A stretch of 45,318 nt of DNA from Armatimonadota bacterium. Its GTDB lineage: Bacteria > Armatimonadota > Zipacnadia > Zipacnadales > UBA5352. Location: contig JAYENL010000069.1 of assembly GCA_034722055.1 (NCBI GenBank), positions 1 through 45,318 of the forward strand, read 5' to 3'. The notes under the pieces were generated by a model that saw only the letters and a program-made list of their open reading frames with translations, was not told where the DNA came from and ran no database searches. The position numbers and the translations under genes are program-made. This document shows, piece after piece, positions 26,750-35,467 of this stretch; position 1 is the stretch's first letter; each line of letters begins with the position of its first letter.

Positions 26750-28156
26750 TCACGCCCCGGCCAGGCCGAAGTGCTCGATGGCGGCGACGATCCCGCCCTC
26801 GATGTTGCCCACGATCTCGTCGATGATCTCGCGCGTGACCACCAGCGGTGGCGCCAGGACCAGGATATCCCCATTGTTGCGCAGGATCATGCCATTGCGA
26901 TAGGCGTAATCGCGCACAAAGCTGCCGACGTTGAGGGCCTCGTCCAGCGGCTCGCGCGTCTGTTGGTCGGCCACCAGCTCGACCGCCTGCAGCATCCCCA
27001 GGCCGCGCACATCCCCCACGATCCGGTGGCGGTAGAGCTCCTCGAGCCGCTGGCGCAGGTAGGCGCCCATCTGCGCCGCGCGCTCGACCAGCCCCTCCTC
27101 CTCGAAGATGTCGAGCACCGCCAGCACCGCGGCGGCGCTGACCGGATGGCCGGCGAAGGTGTGCCCGTGGCGGAAGTCATGCTCGGGGCGGCGGAAGACA
27201 TCCGCGATCTCCGGCGTGGTCAGCACCGCGCCTATAGGCGCGAAACCCGCCGAGAAGCCCTTGCCCAGGCACAGGAAGTGCGGCACTACGTCCCAGTGCT
27301 CGCAGCAGAACATGCGACCGGTCTTGCCCATCCCCACCTGGATCTCATCATAGATGGTCAGGATGCCGTGCTTGTCGCAGAGGGCCTTCAGCTCGGGCAG
27401 GTAGAAGTCGGGCGGCACCGGATAGCCCACGTTGGAGCCGGGGATGGGGTCGAGGATCATGGCCGCGATGCTCTGCGGGCCCTCCCACTCGATGATCGCC
27501 TCGGTGTTGCGCAGCGCCATGCGCGCCGACTCCTCGGGGTCCAGGCCCAGCTCACAGCGGTAGGGGTTGGGGGCCATCACCTGCACGAAGCCGGGCGCGG
27601 TCGGCGGCTGCACCTCGCGGAACCACTGCAGGCCGGTGGCCGCCATCGCGCCCATGGAGGCGCCGTGATAGCTGTTGCGGCGGTAGAGGATCTTGGTGCG
27701 CGTGCGCTCGCCGGTCTCCCAGAAGTACTGCCGGGCCATCTTGATGGCGGACTCCGTGGCGTCCGAGCCGTCGCTGACGAAGAAGCTGACCTCCAGCTCG
27801 CCTGGTGCCAGCGCCGCCAGCCGCTTGGCCAGCTCGATCGCCACCGGGGTCATGCAGTCGTGGTAGACGGGATAGAACTCGATCTTGCGCATCTGCTCCA
27901 GCATCGCCTGATGGACCTCGGGCCGGTGGTGGCCGCAGATGGTGGTCAGCAGCGAGGCGAAGGTGTCCAGATACCGCCGCCCGTCGGTGTCGTAGATGTA
28001 GCAGCCCTCACCGCGCTCGATGATCTTGGCGCCGCTGCGCTCCACGTCCTCGTAGTGGCTGAGACTGATCAGCAGGTGCCGGGCCGCATCCTCCTGCATC
28101 GCCCGGGTGCGCTCCGTGTACTCGATCTCCAGCCCCGTGTCGCCGGGCTTGTCCAT
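26750..28156 (-). CDS. Class III PLP-dependent aminotransferase
   Basis: GEGCYIYDTDGRRYLD, GSDA.E.A.KMARQY, SYHG, DEIQVGMGKTG, LGKG (PLP lysine) and HGHTFAGHP. Alternative TTG start at 28162. Confidence 0.92.
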   Translation of the reverse strand: MDKPGDTGLEIEYTERTRAMQEDAARHLLISLSHYEDVERSGAKIIERGEGCYIYDTDGRRYLDTFASLLTTICGHHRPEVHQAMLEQMRKIEFYPVYHDCMTPVAIELAKRLAALAPGELEVSFFVSDGSDATESAIKMARQYFWETGERTRTKILYRRNSYHGASMGAMAATGLQWFREVQPPTAPGFVQVMAPNPYRCELGLDPEESARMALRNTEAIIEWEGPQSIAAMILDPIPGSNVGYPVPPDFYLPELKALCDKHGILTIYDEIQVGMGKTGRMFCCEHWDVVPHFLCLGKGFSAGFAPIGAVLTTPEIADVFRRPEHDFRHGHTFAGHPVSAAAVLAVLDIFEEEGLVERAAQMGAYLRQRLEELYRHRIVGDVRGLGMLQAVELVADQQTREPLDEALNVGSFVRDYAYRNGMILRNNGDILVLAPPLVVTREIIDEIVGNIEGGIVAAIEHFGLAGA

Positions 28157-28349
28157 GGTCAATACGCCTCCTCCGAAAGCGGGCTCGTGCGGCGGGATGC
28201 CCGACGTGCAGCGAGTTCAGAGCCACCGCTGGGTAGCCGAAGCTCGCCTATGATCCTCCCGGACAGCAACCCGCGCGCTGGCACCATGGAGGGGCCGCCG
28301 CGAGCGACGCGAGCGGGGCGCGGTCAGGAGCGGGAGCGACTGACCGCGC

Positions 28350-28490
28350 AGGTTCCACCCCGGCCCACTGGAGACCTTCGGTCTCACGGGCTTCCAGCCC
28401 GACCATCAGCGCAGGCGCCCCCGCCTGCGCGCCGTTTAGCTCCTGGGTAGAGCTACGTGCCGGGCCGGGGCGGAACCTTGGGGCCCCTCG
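28350..28490. repeat. Composite REP-like element, copy B
   Basis: Inverted arms AGGTTCCACCCCGGCCC (28350-28366) / GGGCCGGGGCGGAACCT (28462-28478), 16/17, enclosing hairpins GAGACC-TTC-GGTCTC, CGGGCT-TCC-AGCCCG, GCGCAGGCG-CCCC-CGCCTGCGC and GTAGAGCTAC. Confidence 0.8.
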
Positions 28491-28632
28491 ACCACGTACG
28501 CCGCTCGTCTCCAACGCAACCAAGCACTGGCTGCGCTCGTCGTCAACATATGCGGGATTGCGCAAGTCACCCATAGTACCAGAGCGCGAGCGCCGTCGCC
28601 CGCGCGTTCCGCCGACAGTGCGGATCCGCCTC

Positions 28633-30114
28633 CTACATCAGCTCCTGGTTCGCCCGCTCGACCACGCCCTCCAGCTCCCGCAGCGTGTCATCGGGCAGCT
28701 CGGGCGGCTCCCAGCGCTCCACGTTCGCGCGCCACCGCTCCTCACACAGGTCCAGGACGTGCCTCTCGCCCCCAACCTCGCCCGCGCCGGCCGGCACGCT
28801 CAGCGGGAACAGCTCCGAGGTCCACAGGTCCCGGAAGTGCTCGAGAGTGTGCTCGGTGGCCAGGAAGGTCTCCCCGCCCTCCGTGCACTCGCGGATGTCC
28901 TCGAACGCCAGCGTGTCCTCGCTGACCTCGACCTCGTCGTTGAGGGCGAACTGGCTTTTGCGTATCTCCATGTCGAGCATAAGCTGCGTGGGCGAGCCCA
29001 CGCCGCCGTTGTCGAGCGTGCCCATGCCGGGATAGGGGATCTCCGGCGAGTCCGTGAGCCGCGCCCGGGCGCCGCCGGCATAGGAGTTCTCGTAGACGGC
29101 CTGCAGGCCCGGGCGGCTGGTGGAGGGGCTGAAGTAGGTCTCCGCCCACAGATGGCCGCCGAAGTGATCGTCGAAGAGCCTCTTGACGCCGACGGTCACC
29201 AGCACGCTCTCCGGCCCGGCCGAGGCCGCGTCGGCGCTGCGCATATCGGCCACGGTGGTGATCATGCGGCCGGTGATGTCGCCCTCCGGCGCCAGGCAGT
29301 AGGCGGCCGCCATGCAGCCGAGGGTCTCGGCCGCGCCCACCAGGATCGTCCCCGCCACCGTCACCGGCGCGGACACGCCCACCGCCGGCATGGAGGCGGC
29401 GTGGTAGCGATTCACGCCCAGCCGCGCCCGCTCCAGCATGTCCTCTCCCGCCCAGTGGTCGAGGACCAGCGGCGAGATGAGGCACTGCGATCCAGCGAGG
29501 TATCGGGCGTCGCCGGCCCGCCCGCTCATAATCTCCCCGATCTCTACGAGGTACTTGATCGTAGCCGCGTTCATGGCCTCGATGCCATCGACCTTCGACG
29601 TGTGCCGCAGCGCCAGCACCAGCGAGGCCAGCCGCTCGGTCGGCTGCGGCACGTCCTGGCGATACCACGTGCTGATATAGCCGATCTCGGGCGTAGCCTC
29701 GGCCAGCTTCATCATCTCGGTGAAGATATCAGTATTCACGGGCAGCAGGGACTCACTCTCGTAGTCATAGTACTGCGTCGGGCCGCAGTCGAAGGCCGAC
29801 ATCAGCAGCTCGCGCTGCATCCGCTCCCGCACCTGCTGCTTCTGGCCGGTCCACATGATCCAGTGCGCCCAGTCCGGCCCACACCATGGGACCAGCTCCT
29901 GGTCGTCGTCGTCCTCGGCCCGGCTCGTCTCCTGGTAGGCCACCAGCTCGTCGATGAGGCCACCGGGGATGCGGATCCTGCCGGTCGGGGCCCGGGAGCA
30001 GCCCCGGGCGAGCATCCTCTCGGCCAGCTCTTCGTGGTCCACCTTCAGCCCCACGTCCCCAAGCAGTTCCAGTGTCCGGTCCCGGAGCAGCTCAGTATTC
30101 AGCCGGATTCCCAT
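28633..30114 (-). CDS. Trimethylamine methyltransferase (MttB) superfamily protein, pyrrolysine-free
   Basis: LELL.DVGLKV, ISPLVLD, GVSAPVTVAGTI...AETL, DMRS....AGPE, G.L.NG...SP.QL.LD.E, FLATEHT..HFR and C-terminal PPELP. No in-frame stop. ATG 30114. Confidence 0.82.
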   Translation of the reverse strand: MGIRLNTELLRDRTLELLGDVGLKVDHEELAERMLARGCSRAPTGRIRIPGGLIDELVAYQETSRAEDDDDQELVPWCGPDWAHWIMWTGQKQQVRERMQRELLMSAFDCGPTQYYDYESESLLPVNTDIFTEMMKLAEATPEIGYISTWYRQDVPQPTERLASLVLALRHTSKVDGIEAMNAATIKYLVEIGEIMSGRAGDARYLAGSQCLISPLVLDHWAGEDMLERARLGVNRYHAASMPAVGVSAPVTVAGTILVGAAETLGCMAAAYCLAPEGDITGRMITTVADMRSADAASAGPESVLVTVGVKRLFDDHFGGHLWAETYFSPSTSRPGLQAVYENSYAGGARARLTDSPEIPYPGMGTLDNGGVGSPTQLMLDMEIRKSQFALNDEVEVSEDTLAFEDIRECTEGGETFLATEHTLEHFRDLWTSELFPLSVPAGAGEVGGERHVLDLCEERWRANVERWEPPELPDDTLRELEGVVERANQELM

Positions 30115-30442
30115 CGCTGTCCATCCTCTCACGAGGCCAGCAGGCGCTGCCCGCACGTCGGATGCAGGTTTCCCGCCTGACAGCGCCAACTCCTGCCTCT
30201 GGCTCCTCCACGGCGGCACTTGCAGGACTGAGCGGGCTGGATCTGCCTGTCCTGCTCCACCGGATGGCGCCCGCCCGCTCACGGCGGGCAGCGAGGACAT
30301 CGCGCCGCGTGCGACTCCAGCGCGGCAATGGGAGAAAGGGCGATCCGCTGAAGGAATCAGTGGGGGGATCCGCGTAAGCTTCGCGTGAAGCAGCCAGCAG
30401 GTGCATGCCGGGCGGGATCACGGTCGTGTCTGGAGGAGACCG

Positions 30443-31549
30443 ATGCATCCGATCATCGACGGGGGCGTAGTAGCGTGGCTGACTGTGTTGGTGGCGGCGC
30501 TGTGCATGCAGATGAGTCAGGCGGCGGCGGCGAAGCCGCTGACTGTTCCCGAACCGTTTGAGCACAGCTTCCCCACCGACGAGGGGTACCGTGGCGGGGC
30601 GATGGTGAAGCTGGCGAACGGCAATGTGTTGCTGGCGTATGGCAAGCCGGGGGATCTGCGCGGCGAGATCGGCTCGGTGAAGCTCTATGGGGTGGAGTCG
30701 GCGGATGGCGGCAGGACCTGGGGGCCGGAGCGGCTGCTGGAGCAGAACCCTGACTGTCAGACCGGGCGCCCGTCGTTCCTCCGCACCGCCGATGGCAGGA
30801 TATGGATGTTCTACTACGGATATGTCGGGTTCGGCGGACGCACCGACAACTCCCAGAGCGATCTGTGGGCCGTCTACAGCGCCGATGAGGGCCAGACCTG
30901 GCAGGGCCGTCGGCGAGTATTCCAGGGCTATACCGGCGCGACCAACGGGGCGATCCAGACCTCCTCGGGCAATATCCTGGTGCCTTTCAGCTACCTGCAG
31001 GACCCGCAGCGGTTCGTCAGCGCCTGCGCGGTCTCGACTGACAGCGGCGAGACGTGGCAGACCAGCGAGGCCATCGATCTCGCCGACGCCGGCGGCCATG
31101 GCAGCCATGCCGGCGCCCTGGAGCCGAGCGTTGTGGAGCTGCGGGACGGGCGCGTGTGGATGCTGATCCGGACGAAGCTGGGCCGGTTCCTGCAGTCGTA
31201 CTCCCAGGACGGTGGTCTTACCTGGAGCAGTCCCGAAGACAGCCGGTTCCGGAGTCCGAACTCCCCCTGCCAGGTGGTGCGGCTCAGCAGCGGCGACCTC
31301 GCCATAGCGTGGAATAACACCATGGACACCACCAGGGACCGCCAGGCGCTCTCGGTTGCTCTTTCTGGGGATGATGGCGAAACCTGGACGGAGCCCACGG
31401 TCTGCGCGACGGCCAGCGAGGTGTCCTATCCCTTCATCCTGGAGGCCGGCCCCGGGCAACTGCTCATCTCGTCCGGGCGCCTCCGGGCCGAGGGCCTGAG
31501 CACCGACATGGTCGTGCTGCGCCTCAGCGAGCAGATGCTGCTGGAGTAA
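30443..31549 (+). CDS. Secreted BNR/Asp-box sialidase-family beta-propeller
   Basis: Five Asp boxes (SADGGRTW, SADEGQTW, STDSGETW, SQDGGLTW, SGDDGETW), EPSVVEL.DG, R..L and SYP. RBS GGAGGAG. Confidence 0.87.
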   Translation: MHPIIDGGVVAWLTVLVAALCMQMSQAAAAKPLTVPEPFEHSFPTDEGYRGGAMVKLANGNVLLAYGKPGDLRGEIGSVKLYGVESADGGRTWGPERLLEQNPDCQTGRPSFLRTADGRIWMFYYGYVGFGGRTDNSQSDLWAVYSADEGQTWQGRRRVFQGYTGATNGAIQTSSGNILVPFSYLQDPQRFVSACAVSTDSGETWQTSEAIDLADAGGHGSHAGALEPSVVELRDGRVWMLIRTKLGRFLQSYSQDGGLTWSSPEDSRFRSPNSPCQVVRLSSGDLAIAWNNTMDTTRDRQALSVALSGDDGETWTEPTVCATASEVSYPFILEAGPGQLLISSGRLRAEGLSTDMVVLRLSEQMLLE

Positions 31550-31566
31550 GCTCGGGCAGGCGGCGG

Positions 31567-34149
31567 CTACTGCCCGGCTGCAAGCGGGGGCAGCGACGCG
31601 CCGACGTGGTCCCCGAGCGGGATGCCGCAGGGCGCGTTGGAGAGCACAGCCGACAGCGCGTCGTCGAAATCCGCCACCTCATATGCCGGGCTGCCCTCGC
31701 GAGGCCGGAAGTCGCCGCCCTCAGGGTCAGCGAACATCGGCTCAGCGACTCTGCTGAATCTCCCGCCCTCGTACTCGCGCAGAAGCGGCCGCTGCGCCTG
31801 CCAGTAGAGGTTCCCCTCAACCTGTCGGGCCGCGCTCCCGCGGGCGAACAGGATACCGGGCTGGTCGGGGTCATTCCCGACGATGATGTTGCGCAGGATC
31901 ATCAGCCGGGAGCCGATGTTGGCGTCGATCTGGCCGCGCCCGTTGCGGTAGATGGTGTTGTGGGCAATCCACACCTCGTGCGGCGGCTCATACGAGGGCT
32001 CGAAGTTGTGCGGGAACCGCCCCTCCTTGCCGCCCGGCCAGGAGGCGGCGTGAATGCCGAACCCCTCGTTGTTGTAGATGAGGTTGTTGATGACGAAGTG
32101 GCTCGGGCTGTGGAGCCGGATGCCGTGGCCGTTGTCGTGGATGTAGTTGCCCACGATGACGTTCCGCGCGCCGTAGCGGGTGGTGATGGCGTGGCCGGCG
32201 TTGTTGTAGAAGTGGTTCCCGCAGATGATCTGGTCGGTGCCCTTTGTGTGCACGCCATCCTTCCAGTTGTCGTGGAAGGTGTTGCCCTCGATGATGTGGT
32301 AGCCGGGCGGCGCGGTGGGGTATGATCCGCCGCCGGTCTGGCACCCGTAGTAGCAGCCGGAGATGTCGTTGCCCCGCAGCGTCTGGCGCCAGTTGTGCCG
32401 CTGGCACCCGATCTGGATGCCGACGCCACCGTGGTTGAGGCTGATCGTGTTGTTCTCGAAGCGGATGTGCTGGCTGCCGGGGCCGGACACAGCCATGCCG
32501 GTGCCGCCGCCCCTCGCCTCCCGGACGCCCTCGGTGTCCACCACCGCGCAGTGCCGGCAGTAGGGCCCGAAGGCCACGTATCCGCTCGGAGGTTCGGTGA
32601 AGCGCAGGCCCCTGAGGTGCACGTACGAGCAGCGCTCCAGCCGCAGACGGCTGCTGACGACGACCGCCCGCCCCGGGCTTTCGGCCCGAATCACGATGGG
32701 AGCGTCGGGAGCGCCGGCGCACTCCAGGACATCCTCGCCGAACTCATACTCGCCGTCGGCCAGCACGATCTCATCACCGGGCCGCGCACGCCTTGCGGCG
32801 GCAGAGATGGAGCCGAACGGTGCCTCCCTGGTGCCCTCACCGGCCTCCGCGCCCGATGAGACCCAGAGGGTTCGTCGCTGAGGCTCTCCGGGAGCCTCGC
32901 AGGCGCCGATGCTGGCCATGCGCCCCCATGGGCGTCCAACGCCATCCGCGTCGGTGCGGATCTCGACCGCCTCGACCTTATGCGCCGCCGGGCTGTCGGC
33001 GGGGATGTGGAAGTCGCCTCGCTCGGGGTCCCTGAACTGCGGCTCCGCAAAGACGGCGCCCTCGTCGGCCTGGGCGGCGTCGATCTCGTGGGAGTAGAGG
33101 TTGCCGAACAGATCCAGCGCGCCGTCACCGGCGATGATGGGCCCTGGCTTCACGAGGATGTTGTGGCGGGCCTCGACCGCGGCCCCGTCGGCGGCGGCCA
33201 GCAGCGCATGCGTATCGTCGGCCGAGTACAGCGTGTTGTGCAGTAGTCTCGCCCGGCCGCCCGCGACCGCCACCGCCGGCCCGTCGGAGTTGGCGATGAC
33301 GTTGCTGTGCAGCGAGATGCCCTCACCGTCGAGCCGCGCGGCGGTGGCGTCACTGTCGAACCGGTTGGCGACCAGCATAGTTGGCCCGGCCGTGGCGCGC
33401 ACCGCCGCCTGGGTGTTGGCCCGGAACTGGTTGTAGCGTGCGGTCACACCGGGCGCCGCGAGCTCCATGCCCACGCCGTTGGCCTGGAGGCGGTTCGAGG
33501 TCGCGACGTTCGTCTCCTCAGAGATGCCCTGGCCGGGGACGAATGAGATGCCTGTCTCGCATCCCAGGATCTGGTTGTGATCCAGCCGGTTGCCGAGGAC
33601 TCCCGCTGCCACCCGCACCCGAATGCCGGTGCGGCCCTCCCCGCTCTGGCCGCGCAGGTCCACGATGTTGTCGCTGATCAGGCAGCCCGAGCAATCCTCG
33701 GCCACGATGGCTATTCCCGCCTGGCCGTCACCCACGCTCTGGATGCGGTTCTGTTGGATCTGGCAGCCCTTCGCCCCCTCGTCGAGGATGATGCCGCTGC
33801 CCTCGGAGCGGATGTCCATCCCGCGGATGATGATGCCGGGGCGCCTGATGGTGATGGACCCCTCCAGGATGACGTCATACTGCTGTGCCGGAAAGAACCA
33901 GAAGCGCCCCCGGTGGATGACGACATCCTCCTCGTACACGCCCGGGTAGAGGGAGACCTGACCCCATTCGGCGTCGTGCTTCTCAACCATCTCCTGGATG
34001 CTGGAGTAGGGGGCATCCCGCGAGCCGTCCCCTCCCGCGGGCGCTCCAGGACGAACGAAGACGTCTCTGCGCGGCAGCAGATCCTCGGCACCAGCCGCGC
34101 AGGTGAGGGCGAGCATGGGGGCAAACACCATCAGAAATCGCAGGTCCAT
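31567..34149 (-). CDS. Secreted right-handed parallel beta-helix (pectin lyase-like) protein with two tandem modules
   Basis: Signal peptide; Asn-ladder repeats; each module starts with G.G.R.AP..SI and ends with P.F.DPE.GDF.....SPA. Confidence 0.85.
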   Translation of the reverse strand: MDLRFLMVFAPMLALTCAAGAEDLLPRRDVFVRPGAPAGGDGSRDAPYSSIQEMVEKHDAEWGQVSLYPGVYEEDVVIHRGRFWFFPAQQYDVILEGSITIRRPGIIIRGMDIRSEGSGIILDEGAKGCQIQQNRIQSVGDGQAGIAIVAEDCSGCLISDNIVDLRGQSGEGRTGIRVRVAAGVLGNRLDHNQILGCETGISFVPGQGISEETNVATSNRLQANGVGMELAAPGVTARYNQFRANTQAAVRATAGPTMLVANRFDSDATAARLDGEGISLHSNVIANSDGPAVAVAGGRARLLHNTLYSADDTHALLAAADGAAVEARHNILVKPGPIIAGDGALDLFGNLYSHEIDAAQADEGAVFAEPQFRDPERGDFHIPADSPAAHKVEAVEIRTDADGVGRPWGRMASIGACEAPGEPQRRTLWVSSGAEAGEGTREAPFGSISAAARRARPGDEIVLADGEYEFGEDVLECAGAPDAPIVIRAESPGRAVVVSSRLRLERCSYVHLRGLRFTEPPSGYVAFGPYCRHCAVVDTEGVREARGGGTGMAVSGPGSQHIRFENNTISLNHGGVGIQIGCQRHNWRQTLRGNDISGCYYGCQTGGGSYPTAPPGYHIIEGNTFHDNWKDGVHTKGTDQIICGNHFYNNAGHAITTRYGARNVIVGNYIHDNGHGIRLHSPSHFVINNLIYNNEGFGIHAASWPGGKEGRFPHNFEPSYEPPHEVWIAHNTIYRNGRGQIDANIGSRLMILRNIIVGNDPDQPGILFARGSAARQVEGNLYWQAQRPLLREYEGGRFSRVAEPMFADPEGGDFRPREGSPAYEVADFDDALSAVLSNAPCGIPLGDHVGASLPPLAAGQ

Positions 34150-34449
34150 GGCTGACCATCTCCAGTAGCTCGTGGCGCATCATCGCCCGGCCGGCGCCCG
34201 GCCCGGCTCAGGCGCCCTGTCGAGAAACCTCCTTTCAGCGCCGCAGCGTCCGGCGCCTGCTTGTGCCCCGCAGATTCTCCAGCCGCCTTGCCTGATGCGC
34301 TCTCACGCCGCCCGGTTCGCGGCGCCAGCGACCGCGCGCCCGGTTGGGCAGGTGCCCACCTCCCGCCGGCGAACTGGGCACACCGCGGCTGGGGCCCATT
34401 CGGGCCGAGAGCGCGGTCGTGGAGTGCAACGATGCATCCGGAGGCCGAT

Positions 34450-35448
34450 ATGGACAGGCTGCGCGTCGGCGTCATCGGGGTGGGGAGGATGGCCGAGATC
34501 TGCCATCTGCCCATCCTGGCCGAGCTCCCGCAGGTCGAGCTGGTCGCCTTCTGCGACACCGATGCGGAGGCGCTGTCGGCACGCGGCGCTGAGTACGACG
34601 TCGCGGCCCGCTACGCCGACCATCATGAGATGTTCGACGCCGAGGTGTTCGACGCCGTCTGCATCTTCATTCCGCCCTACGCTCACACTGACGCCGAGAT
34701 CATGGCCGCGGGGCGCGGCATACACGTGTTCGTGGAGAAGCCGCCCACGCTGAGCATGGACCAGGCGCGCGAGATCGACGAGGCCATCACACGCTCGGGG
34801 GTCATCAGCCAGGTGGGGTTCAACAGCCGCCATCGCCGCTCGTGCGAGGCGGCCCGCGAGCGCCTGGAGGGCCGGGACGTCGTCCAGGCAGTGGTGCATC
34901 GGCTTCACGGAAGCGGCGCGCTGGCGTGGTGGTGGAAGCTCGCGCAGTACTCGGGTGGGCCATTCGTGGAGAACACCATCCACCAGGTGGACCTGCTGCG
35001 CTGGATCGCCGGCGATCTGACAGCCGTCTCGGCCCGCATGGTGGAGCGTCCTGAGCCTACTGACCAGCTCGATATCCCGCTGAGCGTCTGCGCCACCTAC
35101 ACCCTGGCCTCCGGGGGGCTTGCGAGCGTCACCACCTGCGCGGCGCTGGAGGGCCGCGGCCACTCGGCCTTCCTCATCGTCGCCGACGGCTCCCTGTATG
35201 ACCTCTCGGGCGGCTGCCTGGCGGTGGACGGCGAGCGGGTGGCCGAGGATGAGCCAGGCCGCGTCTCCTACCGCCGGCAGTTCGCGTCCTTCTTCGACGC
35301 TATCATCAAGGACGACCCCTCACTCACCCGCTCTCCATACGGCGACGGGATCGGGTCGCTCGCGGCGGTGCTGGCGGCCGTCCATTCCGCCCGCAATGGC
35401 GGCGCCTGGGTGGACCTGCTGGCCGACCCGGCGTGGGCCGTGCACTGA
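34450..35448 (+). CDS. Gfo/Idh/MocA family oxidoreductase
   Basis: VGVIGVG, HVFVEKP, VGFN.R and SGGP..ENTIH.VD. ATG 34450 after GGAGG. Confidence 0.9.
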   Translation: MDRLRVGVIGVGRMAEICHLPILAELPQVELVAFCDTDAEALSARGAEYDVAARYADHHEMFDAEVFDAVCIFIPPYAHTDAEIMAAGRGIHVFVEKPPTLSMDQAREIDEAITRSGVISQVGFNSRHRRSCEAARERLEGRDVVQAVVHRLHGSGALAWWWKLAQYSGGPFVENTIHQVDLLRWIAGDLTAVSARMVERPEPTDQLDIPLSVCATYTLASGGLASVTTCAALEGRGHSAFLIVADGSLYDLSGGCLAVDGERVAEDEPGRVSYRRQFASFFDAIIKDDPSLTRSPYGDGIGSLAAVLAAVHSARNGGAWVDLLADPAWAVH

Positions 35449-35467
35449 CATTGGGAGGTATCGCATC

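Noticed and set aside
23669..28450. 1593-aa plus-strand ORF, and similar long ORFs such as 4963-7404, 7851-10139, 17184-19298 and 36608-39388
   Set aside because: They are antisense shadows of well-supported minus-strand genes, expected at high GC, and show no recognisable motifs.
28633..30114. Pyrrolysine or selenocysteine recoding in the MttB homologue
   Set aside because: The frame is open with no internal TAG or TGA, and no pyl or sel genes are in the window.
30120..30400. Possible riboswitch in the long leader of the MttB gene (CTGTCAGG, GGGAAACC fragments)
   Set aside because: Only isolated short matches; the conserved cores of glycine, cobalamin and c-di-GMP riboswitches could not be assembled by eye. 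An Rfam scan would settle it.
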